Virus record (IMG/VR): IMGVR_UViG_3300009370_002293
Span: 35,813 to 99,812 of that record
Origin: a virus
Reading direction: 5' to 3' (one strand)
Length of the DNA stretch: 64,000 bases
Each line of letters starts with the position of its first letter. Within the stretch, counting starts at the first letter, position 1. The notes under the pieces are model-generated. The model saw only the letters and a program-made list of their open reading frames with translations. It ran no database searches and was not told the DNA's origin. This document shows, piece by piece, positions 9,190 to 17,339 of the stretch. A program made the position numbers and the translations under genes.

Positions 9190-9383
9190 TCGTTATTATT
9201 TTTTTTAATTTGATCAGTAAAATCTACTTCCATTACGTTTGCCTTCGATTGTTGCCACTGCGATAAACACACTGCATACCTCTGTTTTGAATCGGAAAAT
9301 TCTTTAGACATTACCTCATTAGACATACACTGTGAAATAAAATCGTCACGGTTCTGATTTTTTTGAGGTGAAGGAAGTGGCAT
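9186..9383 (-). CDS. Small phage protein, possibly head-associated
   Basis: MPLPxP...DFISQCM...KQRYAVCLSQW pattern recalled from phage morphogenesis-region proteins; EVDFTDQI near C-terminus. Confidence 0.55.
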   Translation of the reverse strand: MPLPSPQKNQNRDDFISQCMSNEVMSKEFSDSKQRYAVCLSQWQQSKANVMEVDFTDQIKKNNND

Positions 9384-9384
9384 T

Positions 9385-9942
9385 TTATTCTCCAGCTATG
9401 TCGTGTTTATCTTCGCCCTTGTCTTTTTTAAGGCTTTCGATTTCTTTATCAATATTTTTAATAGCATCTTCATGATGCTTCCTTAACTCTTTAAGGGTTT
9501 CATGTTTTGTATCATAAGAATCTTGATTTTCCATCTTATGTCGCAAACTTTCCCTCATTCCTTTAAAATGCTCCTCAATAGACTCCTCACTGTAACCCCC
9601 CTCGTAATGTGATGCTTTGAGGTACAAGGCTTCGGAAACTTTAATCCCAAATTCTTTTGCTTTAGATTTTAATTTTTTAAAAATTTTAGCCTTTATTTCG
9701 GGAGATAACTTAGACTGAGGAAGCCGAGCTAAAGCGTTTCTTACGTGAGCGGCATCAGGAATGGGGAAATGGCGTAAAGATCGTGGCTCTGTTTTGCCGT
9801 CCACCTTCTTGCCACCGGGCTCTATATAGGCAAAATCCGAATCTGGCAAGTCATTGCGGCGCTTGCTTGTTAGTTTTTTGGCTAACGTATCGTCACCTAA
9901 GATTTGCTCGGTGAAATCAACTTCAAAAGTGTCATCTTTCAT
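9385..9942 (-). CDS. Phage protein with DUF6582-like domain
   Basis: RNDLPDSDFA...RHFPIPDAAHVRNALAR; GTGTAA 9 nt upstream. Confidence 0.6.
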   Translation of the reverse strand: MKDDTFEVDFTEQILGDDTLAKKLTSKRRNDLPDSDFAYIEPGGKKVDGKTEPRSLRHFPIPDAAHVRNALARLPQSKLSPEIKAKIFKKLKSKAKEFGIKVSEALYLKASHYEGGYSEESIEEHFKGMRESLRHKMENQDSYDTKHETLKELRKHHEDAIKNIDKEIESLKKDKGEDKHDIAGE

Positions 9943-9975
9943 TTAAAATGATTACACATTTTTTGTAAAAAAGGT

Positions 9976-10932
9976 TTATTTATTGTCTATTTTATTCTCT
10001 TTTAGAATTAAAATTTTTGGATAAGTAACCCTAAGCATAAATGGAAATAATTTTTCGGCCGCTTCCTTATCGGCATTTTTTGCTGCTTCTTTATCCTTGG
10101 GGGTATTTTCAATAGGCATTTCTTTTAGCTCGTCCTCGCTTGGCATTTTTACGTTTTTATCTAATGCCCACATAATCTTATGTTTTTCCGCATAATCAGC
10201 CATTCTGCGTACGGGTACGATTAAATTAAAGCCCTCTCCCGCTCCCCTTACAAGCATTCCCACATATCTTGCGTCAGATTTTAAATATACTCCACCTCCA
10301 GAACTTCCCGGGAAAGCGGTGCAAGTTGTCTGATCGAACACGTGCTTATTAAGAGATTTAATCAATCTTCCGTGTTGAGAATAAATTCCATCTGTCATGC
10401 TATTGGCACCCATTTGGCCAAGTAATGACCCCACGTGTAGCAAATCTTCACCGAGCGGTGGAATTTCTTTATCAAGGTAAAAAGTTACCGTATCTTTAAC
10501 AAAATTAAATTTACGTACCCGCAATAACGCTAAATCGTGACCATCTGTAGCATCACTATATTTTAATACCTCTGCATCCATTTGCAGACGACCTACAGTT
10601 CGGCCATCCTGACGAATTTCTTTAACAACCAAAGGGTCTTTGAACTCTACTAATGTTTTAGAGGAGCCATTGACCACCACTTTCCTAGTAGAACGTAAGT
10701 TGTCTATAACATGAGCGGCAGTCCAAACAAAATTTACTACATTCCCTTTTGAATCTTTTCGGGTAAAAATTACACCAGAGCCTTCACCGGTAGAAAACTG
10801 ACCCTCAGATCTAATGGTTACAGAAACATTTTGTAAGTGTTCTGCGGTTGAGGTTGACTTTTCAGCGGCGACCCCGTGCCTAAATGGGGCCACTAAAAAA
10901 ATAACAAGAGAGGCGAGGATGAACTTCTTCAT
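9976..10932 (-). CDS. Secreted trypsin-like serine protease
   Basis: Signal peptide ending GVAA; TAAHV, DLALL, PGSSGGG catalytic triad motifs. Confidence 0.85.
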   Translation of the reverse strand: MKKFILASLVIFLVAPFRHGVAAEKSTSTAEHLQNVSVTIRSEGQFSTGEGSGVIFTRKDSKGNVVNFVWTAAHVIDNLRSTRKVVVNGSSKTLVEFKDPLVVKEIRQDGRTVGRLQMDAEVLKYSDATDGHDLALLRVRKFNFVKDTVTFYLDKEIPPLGEDLLHVGSLLGQMGANSMTDGIYSQHGRLIKSLNKHVFDQTTCTAFPGSSGGGVYLKSDARYVGMLVRGAGEGFNLIVPVRRMADYAEKHKIMWALDKNVKMPSEDELKEMPIENTPKDKEAAKNADKEAAEKLFPFMLRVTYPKILILKENKIDNK

Positions 10933-11000
10933 AATGCAATTTTACCTATATAGATAGTACACCAGCCCCCTTTAAAAAACAAATTAAATTTAAAAAAAAA

Positions 11001-11858
11001 CTAAATTACCGCTCGCCCCTTATTTTTTTCCCAGTCTTTTTCGGTTCTATCTACAGTAATATTGCGTTTTTCAGCAGCTTTTAATACTATTGAATTGGTT
11101 TTAGATTTTTTAAGCTGGTGTAACATGGAGTTTACATCCTTCGGAAAACAAGTACCCCCATAACCACGGTGTCCATCGGGACCGGGAACCGAGGTGTGAC
11201 TCATACCAATTCTTTCGTCTATGCCAATCAATTTTGCCGCAGTATCATAAGGAATATTGTTTTTCCAGCAAAATTCACTAAATTCATTAAACAGGGAAAC
11301 CTTTACTGCTAAAAATGAATTACGCCCATATTTGATGAACTCTGCAGTTCGGGTAGAGACAAAGGTTGTGTCTCCGTTTTTTATAGACCCCTGCTCTAGG
11401 GCATTGCAAATTAAATTATTTAATTTTTCAACAACACCACTATCTACAACCGTGTCATGTCCAAAGACCCATAAATTGTTATTGTAAAAATCTTCCCTCC
11501 AGTTTCTTTCGGTTAGGAACTCTGGCATAAAATGAACCTTAAGTTTCTCACAGGTACCCACTGGAACAGTGGAGCGTAGTACAATTTTATTTTTTCTTAC
11601 ACCGTTACGGGTTAAGTCTTTTATTGCGGATTTTACTATAGATAAATCACACACGCCGTTAGACCTCATGGGTGTTGGCACACATACAAAAATGAAATCA
11701 CATTTTTTTAAATCTTGAAGGGTTGTACCTTTTGGGTCACATTTTTCGGGGTCTTTGTCGTAAGCGATACACTCAATAAGCTCCCCTTTTAGCAATTGAG
11801 TCGCCTTTCCTACATACCCATTTCCCACTATCCCTAGCTTTATTTTACGCTTCTTCAT
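11001..11858 (-). CDS. UDP-glucose/GDP-mannose dehydrogenase family (short form)
   Basis: GNGYVG, VCVPTP, RSTVPVGT, PEFL, GYGGTCFPKD. Confidence 0.85.
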   Translation of the reverse strand: MKKRKIKLGIVGNGYVGKATQLLKGELIECIAYDKDPEKCDPKGTTLQDLKKCDFIFVCVPTPMRSNGVCDLSIVKSAIKDLTRNGVRKNKIVLRSTVPVGTCEKLKVHFMPEFLTERNWREDFYNNNLWVFGHDTVVDSGVVEKLNNLICNALEQGSIKNGDTTFVSTRTAEFIKYGRNSFLAVKVSLFNEFSEFCWKNNIPYDTAAKLIGIDERIGMSHTSVPGPDGHRGYGGTCFPKDVNSMLHQLKKSKTNSIVLKAAEKRNITVDRTEKDWEKNKGRAVI

Positions 11859-11866
11859 TTCATCTT

Positions 11867-11895
11867 ACTATATTATCCGTGTCAAAAAAGATCAA
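11867..11895 (-). promoter_or_regulatory. sigma70-like promoter
   Basis: TTGATC-17-TATAGT, 8 nt before ATG 11858. Confidence 0.65.
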
Positions 11896-11896
11896 T

Positions 11897-11925
11897 AAAA
11901 AACCCCCTTGCAATAAACAAGGGGG
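11897..11925 (-). terminator. Intrinsic terminator
   Basis: cccccttg/caaggggg 8-bp stem followed by a U-run on the minus strand, just after stop at 11935. Confidence 0.8.
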
Positions 11926-11934
11926 GTAACTCCA

Positions 11935-12180
11935 TTAACTAGCAGGTGGAGAGGGCTCACTAACAGGAATTGTTAGCGCTGGTTCGGCGCCCTCATCAGG
12001 TGGAGCCACCTCACTTAGTTTTACAATGGCGTAACCGGTGAACAATACGTTTACCGCCACAAGCAATAATGCCAGTCTTGCGAAAGTCATATTGATGGTC
12101 ATAACACCATTTTGGGGTTGTTGGTCTGCGGGCGAACTTTGATCGCTCGCTTTTTCCTTTTGGTCTGTGGTCTTACTCAT
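11935..12180 (-). CDS. Single-TM membrane protein
   Basis: One hydrophobic helix, Pro-rich tail. Confidence 0.65.
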   Translation of the reverse strand: MSKTTDQKEKASDQSSPADQQPQNGVMTINMTFARLALLLVAVNVLFTGYAIVKLSEVAPPDEGAEPALTIPVSEPSPPAS

Positions 12181-12238
12181 AATATATTCTGTACTGACCT
12201 ACATAATACGTATACTTGCTTTAAAGTAAAGTGTTTTT

Positions 12239-12610
12239 TTACAAGATTTTTATTTTAACTGGCTTTACTTTTTCAAGTTTTTCTAATTTGACCTTAAGCA
12301 TTCCGTCCACATAAGTAGCTTTCACTTTGGAAGGGTCTACATCTTCTGGCATATTAAATGAATATACGTTTTCATCACCCTCTTTCTTTATGGTAACGTA
12401 AACGCCCCCATCCCTTAATGTAACCTCTATGTCCTTTTTTCTCACCCCTGCTAATTCGATGTGGTAATCGTACGCACTTTCAGACTCATCAAGTTTAACC
12501 TTATTATAAGTGCGCGCTGCCCTCCAGCCATCCCAAATCAACTCGTCAATATCACTAAAGGCTTTGTCATAAATTGGGAACTCTTTAAATAATCTATTTG
12601 CTAATATCAT
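12239..12610 (-). CDS. Small heat-shock protein Hsp20
   Basis: ELAGVRKKDIEV, PEDVDPSKVKATYVDGMLKVKL. Confidence 0.9.
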   Translation of the reverse strand: MILANRLFKEFPIYDKAFSDIDELIWDGWRAARTYNKVKLDESESAYDYHIELAGVRKKDIEVTLRDGGVYVTIKKEGDENVYSFNMPEDVDPSKVKATYVDGMLKVKLEKLEKVKPVKIKIL

Positions 12611-12624
12611 AACAAATACTAAAA

Positions 12625-12641
12625 AGCAAATAACATGCCAA
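12625..12641 (-). promoter_or_regulatory. sigma54 (-24/-12) promoter of hsp20
   Basis: TTGGCATG-TTAT-TTGCT with exact GG-to-GC spacing, 14 nt before ATG. Confidence 0.75.
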
Positions 12642-12678
12642 AGAAAACAAGGGAAAATACGAAGCTGAACTTAAAAAA

Positions 12679-12694
12679 GGGACATATTTGTCTC
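12679..12694. promoter_or_regulatory. Imperfect palindrome, candidate activator site
   Basis: GGGACA-TATT-TGTCTC upstream of the sigma54 promoter; more TGTC half-sites at ~12715 and ~12732. Confidence 0.45.
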
Positions 12695-12697
12695 ACG

Positions 12698-12877
12698 TTA
12701 ACCGGTAGAACGTATGTCAAAAATACTCACCTGTCTCATCTCAAACGTATCAACATCTTTAACCAAAAAGGTTTCCTCGTCCACGGCCTCTTCAATGATA
12801 CCTTCCCAGACTTTATCTCCTTGGACGCTAACGGGTTTACCCAGCATCTTTTTATTTATTTCAAGTTTGGCTGTCAT
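12698..12877 (-). CDS. Hypothetical protein (59 aa, not in ORF track), possible small beta-barrel
   Basis: MTAKLEINKKMLGKPVSVQGDKVWEGIIEEAVDEETFLVKD...; ATGA overlap with upstream stop. Confidence 0.7.
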   Translation of the reverse strand: MTAKLEINKKMLGKPVSVQGDKVWEGIIEEAVDEETFLVKDVDTFEMRQVSIFDIRSTG

Positions 12878-13476
12878 AATGTTTTAAGGTGTTGATTATC
12901 ATGATAAAAATATAATGTTTCTACCCCTGCTGCCTTTTTGAGATTTACCACAAGCAGGGACTCTTCGTTTAAACCATCCAAAAGTTTACCATACAACTCT
13001 AATAACTGCCTACCCCAGTCTGCCCGCGTTGCGCAGCATGCACCGTCAAACGCCTCCTTTCGGCTGTTCAAAGTATGAAGTTGATTTTTTTCTTCTGATG
13101 AAAGATCAGATATTTTGTGCTCTTTATTCACCAAGTGTAATAGCTCGTGTGCGGATGCAATCACTAGACTTTTCCCTAAATTAACGAATTCAAATTCCTC
13201 GTTTAAAGCCGTCAAGAAACGATCGTAGTACCTTGAGTCTATAAATGTCTCTTTAACCACGGACTCGTATGCCGCCCAACATTCTTTTAGTTGATCTGGC
13301 TTAGGTAAAGACTCACCATCAGTACAACATTGGTTGTTTTCTTTGAGTTTCTTTGTATTTTTTTTAAGACAAGATTCTAATATATGTAATTTAATTACAT
13401 CTTCAGGTGTGCAGTCTATTGCACCTAATGCAATTAATTCATGCACCGCGTTAAAGTCAATTTTTCTCATTTGCAT
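12874..13476 (-). CDS. Hypothetical protein
   Basis: 200-aa ORF in operon. Confidence 0.7.
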   Translation of the reverse strand: MQMRKIDFNAVHELIALGAIDCTPEDVIKLHILESCLKKNTKKLKENNQCCTDGESLPKPDQLKECWAAYESVVKETFIDSRYYDRFLTALNEEFEFVNLGKSLVIASAHELLHLVNKEHKISDLSSEEKNQLHTLNSRKEAFDGACCATRADWGRQLLELYGKLLDGLNEESLLVVNLKKAAGVETLYFYHDNQHLKTL

Positions 13477-13822
13477 TATTTCCCAATATACACATTATAT
13501 AATAGAAACTTAAAGAAGTGCAAGTGTAAAAAAAGTATTTTTCAAAATTGCCAAAAACCACACATAAAAATATATTAAACCAAATAGAAAGACAAATAGG
13601 ACAACACACTAACCTCGTAATAAAACAATTTTTATAAAGCATTAAATACGCCTTTAAATCTATGCCCTCACGGGAGGATTTTTCTTTAAAATCTTTTAAA
13701 AAAAGACCCCCTAAATTTAAAGCATCTAGGTACTCTACTACTACGTTAGTCTTAAACCAAAGCAATAATAACACCGACGCTAAAAACGGTTGTAATAAAA
13801 AATTATCCAACTCTGATATCAT
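13457..13822 (-). CDS. Membrane protein with CPxC motif (DUF1360-like)
   Basis: Hydrophobic segments, LVCCPICLSIW. Confidence 0.5.
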   Translation of the reverse strand: MISELDNFLLQPFLASVLLLLWFKTNVVVEYLDALNLGGLFLKDFKEKSSREGIDLKAYLMLYKNCFITRLVCCPICLSIWFNIFLCVVFGNFEKYFFYTCTSLSFYYIMCILGNNANEKN

Positions 13823-14300
13823 TATCTTCTTCTAGTACAACTTTCCTCTGGTGTTCTAAAGGGAGTTCGGAAATTTCCTCCTCCTTTACCTGAATTAATT
13901 CGATATTATAAAAATCAAATATCTCTTTTGCTCCATCGTCTCGCTCGTATTCGTCCTTGTAAATTACCTGCGGTATACCGTAGCCAGCAATCATTGTAGC
14001 ACAATATGAACACGGTAGTAGTGTTACTGCTAAAATTTTTACGTCTCCCTTTCTACATAAGGAAAGACAATTCATCTCAGCATGAATCATAACAGGGCGA
14101 CGTCGATTTCTGTCAAACAAATCCCAATCAACGTCTTTTCCTGAAGCCAGACCGTTGTAGCCAACGCCCAAAACCATGTTCTGGTGATTAAGGGCGCAAG
14201 CTCCAACCTTTACAAAAGGGTCCTCGCTCCGTTCGGAAGCTGCCTGAGCAAGGCGAAGTGCGTACTCGCCCCAATTAAGCCTAGTTTCCAAAACTGGCAT
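13803..14300 (-). CDS. dCMP deaminase
   Basis: RSEDP..KVGA, GYNG, HAEMN, PCSYC. Confidence 0.9.
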   Translation of the reverse strand: MPVLETRLNWGEYALRLAQAASERSEDPFVKVGACALNHQNMVLGVGYNGLASGKDVDWDLFDRNRRRPVMIHAEMNCLSLCRKGDVKILAVTLLPCSYCATMIAGYGIPQVIYKDEYERDDGAKEIFDFYNIELIQVKEEEISELPLEHQRKVVLEEDNDIRVG

Positions 14301-14351
14301 CCCAAATTATTGAGATTGAAACAACAAGAAAAAATATTGCTATTAGTAACA

Positions 14352-14654
14352 TTAGGAAACCTTTTTGTAAACGGAATGAGGCCGACCCATTTTATTCTTA
14401 GTGACTCTAACCAGCACTAATTCTCCATTTTTTAAGGCAGAATTAATCTTGGTGTGAATAGAAACCCTTGAAAGTTTACCTTCCATAGCAGTTGACAATT
14501 CACCTGCGGTGAACTCTTGTTCTGGCCAGCTAACCGTGACAGGCTTTCTCCCTCGTCTTACAGTGGCCTTCATCGCCCTTTGACGATCCTTTAGCGAAAT
14601 GCTCGGGGTCTTGGCTACCGGTTCTACGTGGTCTACGTTATATTTTGCTTTCAT
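14352..14654 (-). CDS. Basic putative DNA-binding protein (winged-helix-like)
   Basis: RRGRKP, FTAGEL..SRVSIHTKIN..GRP..VY; track start TTG 14693 is the -35 box of TTGACT-17-TAGTCT, so ATG 14654 is preferred. Confidence 0.5.
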   Translation of the reverse strand: MKAKYNVDHVEPVAKTPSISLKDRQRAMKATVRRGRKPVTVSWPEQEFTAGELSTAMEGKLSRVSIHTKINSALKNGELVLVRVTKNKMGRPHSVYKKVS

Positions 14655-14734
14655 CTTAAAAAAGAGACTAATTCCTTTTTTAATGTTAGTCAAACTTTTT
14701 TTTGCTAAAAAGAAATAACCTGCTAAGTTAAAGG

Positions 14735-15148
14735 GTGACTGTTTTTGATGCCACCCTCATGCTGTATAATTGGTTTAATGAAAATGATGTATTCTGCATG
14801 AAGGATAACTTTCAGCAAGCTGTTCTTTTGACCGAAAACGAAAGTCATGATAAAGCCTCTATTCAAGCTGCGCTCGGGCAACTTGAAGAAGGCGGAATTA
14901 TAGCAAAACAGGATTCTGAGGGTAAAACCTATTATGTTTTAAACCAGCGCCTCGATACACTTGAACAAGACCTGAAGATTCACCACACGACAGCTACAAA
15001 AATATCACAAAAAATAAATTATTTTTGTGAAAGGATATCTGATTTTCAAGATATCTGTGATCCATCAGACATAAAACAACGTGATTTAATTAATCTTACC
15101 TTAATAATCGATTACTTCATCGACAAAGAAAATGAAGAAAATGATTGA
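14735..15148 (+). CDS. Hypothetical protein
   Basis: 137-aa ORF, first gene of the rightward block. Confidence 0.7.
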   Translation: MTVFDATLMLYNWFNENDVFCMKDNFQQAVLLTENESHDKASIQAALGQLEEGGIIAKQDSEGKTYYVLNQRLDTLEQDLKIHHTTATKISQKINYFCERISDFQDICDPSDIKQRDLINLTLIIDYFIDKENEEND

Positions 15149-15173
15149 TTTAAAAACAAGTAAATATTATGGT
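15145..15173 (+). promoter_or_regulatory. sigma70-like promoter facing a non-coding region
   Basis: TTGATT-17-TATGGT; -35 box overlaps the upstream TGA as in other promoters here. Confidence 0.5.
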
Positions 15174-15177
15174 GGCC

Positions 15178-15493
15178 AAAAGGTTCAAATCCTTTTAAGC
15201 TCGCTGAGAGAAAACAGTGGAGTTTGGCTTTGGTGAGACTTAATGAGTCAGGGTAGATTTAAATATCTAAAATGGTAGCCCATATCCAAGGCATATACCA
15301 TTAAAGTTCCAGAACGGTTCTTTAAAAAAATCAAGGTTAGTTACCTTGGCGTTACCCCTGCGTGTTGCGGGTTGCTGCTGTAAGAAGTTTTTAGCACATT
15401 TTCTTCACCTGTTAAAAGGTAGGCAGTACGATATGATCGTATCTCGTGTCCCCATTCACTTTAAAATTTGGGCCTCAGAAGAAAGTGGTCATC
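15178..15493 (+). ncRNA. Candidate structured non-coding RNA, family not recognised
   Basis: At least 8 successive hairpins with G-U pairs on the + strand; no credible ORF; promoter before and C/G hairpin after. Confidence 0.6.
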
Positions 15494-15525
15494 CCCCCCC
15501 CTGCGGGGGGGTTATCTCTTTATTT
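15493..15525 (+). terminator. Probable intrinsic terminator
   Basis: C9-TGC-G7 hairpin followed by ttatctctttattt. Confidence 0.55.
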
Positions 15526-15615
15526 CCTAAAAGAAAATGGCCATGGCGTATTCTTAACTTTATTAATTTATAATAAATATTTGATTTTATTTTATTTTGA
15601 TTTATTGTTTTTTAT

Positions 15616-16413
15616 ATGGACAACCTGAAGAACGAGAACCTTAAGCCCGCTCTGTCCTTGGATCAAGTCAAGGAGAAAGAGTATAAAATTTTCATAGGTA
15701 CACCTTGTTATGGAGGCATGCTGGCCCAAGAATATGTAAATGGCCTTCTCAATATAACATATCAATCCTTAATGAGGGGCATCCCGATAGAAATTTATTT
15801 AGCTGGAAATGAAAGTCTAATTCCCCGTGGGCGCAACCATATTGTTGCCGAATTTATGGCAAGTAAATGTACTCATTTGCTTTTTATTGATGCGGATATA
15901 CAATTTCATTCAGATTCTATTTTTAAACTTCTTTGCGCAGATAGAGGGGTGACGTGTGGTGCCTACCCCTTGAAAAAGACGCCTATAGAATACGTGATTA
16001 ATTTTCCTAATGAAGCAGAGAGTAACACGAAAGAGGGGTTCGTGGAGGTTACGGATTGTGGGACTGGGTTTATGATGATAAAAAGGGAAACCATTAAAAT
16101 AATGCAGGAGGAATTTCCAGAACTTCATTATACGGGTGATATAGACTGGGGGTATCGATCTGATGTAACTGACCCAATTAAATTAGATTTATTAAAAGAA
16201 AATTTATATAGTCTTTTTGATACCATGCACGACGTCGAGGCTAACAACAATTATTTGTCAGAAGATTTTACCTTTTGTAGAAGATGGCAAAAGTGTGGGG
16301 GCAAGGTTTGGCTTGATCCATCTATTAAGCTTGACCATTTAGGAAAATTTACATACAATGGAGACATCTCAAAAATTATAGATTTTGAAAATTTAGAAAT
16401 TAACGACACATGA
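15616..16413 (+). CDS. GT-A fold glycosyltransferase-like protein
   Basis: IGTPCYGG, LLFIDADI, GTGFMMIKR, YLSEDFTFCRRW. Confidence 0.7.
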   Translation: MDNLKNENLKPALSLDQVKEKEYKIFIGTPCYGGMLAQEYVNGLLNITYQSLMRGIPIEIYLAGNESLIPRGRNHIVAEFMASKCTHLLFIDADIQFHSDSIFKLLCADRGVTCGAYPLKKTPIEYVINFPNEAESNTKEGFVEVTDCGTGFMMIKRETIKIMQEEFPELHYTGDIDWGYRSDVTDPIKLDLLKENLYSLFDTMHDVEANNNYLSEDFTFCRRWQKCGGKVWLDPSIKLDHLGKFTYNGDISKIIDFENLEINDT

Positions 16414-17021
16414 AAATTATAGGGCTTTCTGGGGTTGCGGGAGCGGGCAAAGACCTGTTTTATGAGTTGCTATCTACACAGACATCATGCAAGAAGTTCT
16501 CTTTAGCCGATGAGCTTAAAAGAGAGATTACCCCATACATAAAAGAAAATTTTGACATTGACCCGACCTCCTGCTCCAGAGAAGAAAAAAACTTAATTAG
16601 ACCAGCATTAGTAAGTCACGGGACTATCAAAAGAAAGCAAACTAAGGGGAGGTACTGGATAGAGAAAATGCAACCCTTATTAAAGGATTTTATTTTCAAA
16701 TCTACACTCACAAATGAAACCCCTGAGTATATAGTCATTACAGACATTCGGTATCATGAGTACCGAAACGACGAGGTAACTTGGTTAAAGAATGAAATGA
16801 AAGGGGATTTAGTCCATATATCCAATTTCACAATGACTCACGGAAAAAGAAAATTCCTTGCACCGGCAAATCAAGAAGAATCGCGGGAAAACCCAAAGTT
16901 ATTGGCTCAAGCCGACTATTTAGTAGAATGGGAGAAGCTTACCGGCGAAGAAACCCAAGTAAAAAACATATTAATTCGTGACGTAATTAAAGATTTTTTA
17001 AAATGGCAAAAAAAAATTTGA
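16410..17021 (+). CDS. Deoxynucleoside monophosphate kinase-like protein
   Basis: IIGLSGVAGAGKD, SLADELK, ITDIRY. Confidence 0.75.
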   Translation: MKIIGLSGVAGAGKDLFYELLSTQTSCKKFSLADELKREITPYIKENFDIDPTSCSREEKNLIRPALVSHGTIKRKQTKGRYWIEKMQPLLKDFIFKSTLTNETPEYIVITDIRYHEYRNDEVTWLKNEMKGDLVHISNFTMTHGKRKFLAPANQEESRENPKLLAQADYLVEWEKLTGEETQVKNILIRDVIKDFLKWQKKI

Positions 17022-17046
17022 CATACATCAAAAATAATCTTAATGT
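17018..17046 (+). promoter_or_regulatory. sigma70-like promoter
   Basis: TTGACA-17-TAATGT, 8 nt before ATG 17055. Confidence 0.65.
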
Positions 17047-17054
17047 ATACGCAT

Positions 17055-17339
17055 ATGAGCGAACAAAAAGAAAGTGAGTGGAGCAAACGTGAAATGGGTG
17101 CCTTTTGGAAGAGGCAGAGTCAACGAGGTCAAAGTTACCTTTCTGGGCATGTAACCCTTAAGGATGATGACGGCACCGAACAAAAAGTGAAGGTTGTTGT
17201 TTTTAAAAACAAAAATCGATCACAAAATGAAAAAGCGCCCGATTACTGCGTTTATTCGTCCACACCACCCCAACAGGAAAGTGGGTCTAACGACCAAGCG
17301 GAGGAGTCCCAAGCGAACTCCGACGAGGATGTTCTCTAG
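17055..17339 (+). CDS. DUF736-like putative ssDNA-binding protein
   Basis: GAFWKR..G.SYLSG, KAPDY, acidic C-tail. Confidence 0.55.
   Translation: MSEQKESEWSKREMGAFWKRQSQRGQSYLSGHVTLKDDDGTEQKVKVVVFKNKNRSQNEKAPDYCVYSSTPPQQESGSNDQAEESQANSDEDVL

Noticed and set aside
12635-12895. 86-aa + strand ORF
   Set aside because: Antisense to the coupled 59-aa gene and to the hsp20 promoter
15171-15250. tRNA suggested by GGTTCAAATCC
   Set aside because: No cloverleaf, acceptor stem or CCA around the T-loop-like hairpin
15178-15493. RNase P RNA or group I intron
   Set aside because: GAAGAAAGT and GGCTT-like words are present but in the wrong order and cannot form P4; no P/Q/R/S elements and no interrupted gene
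15346-15628. ORFs 15346..15573 and 15446..15628
   Set aside because: Non-ATG starts, run through a C9/G7 hairpin and an AT tract, no recognisable protein features
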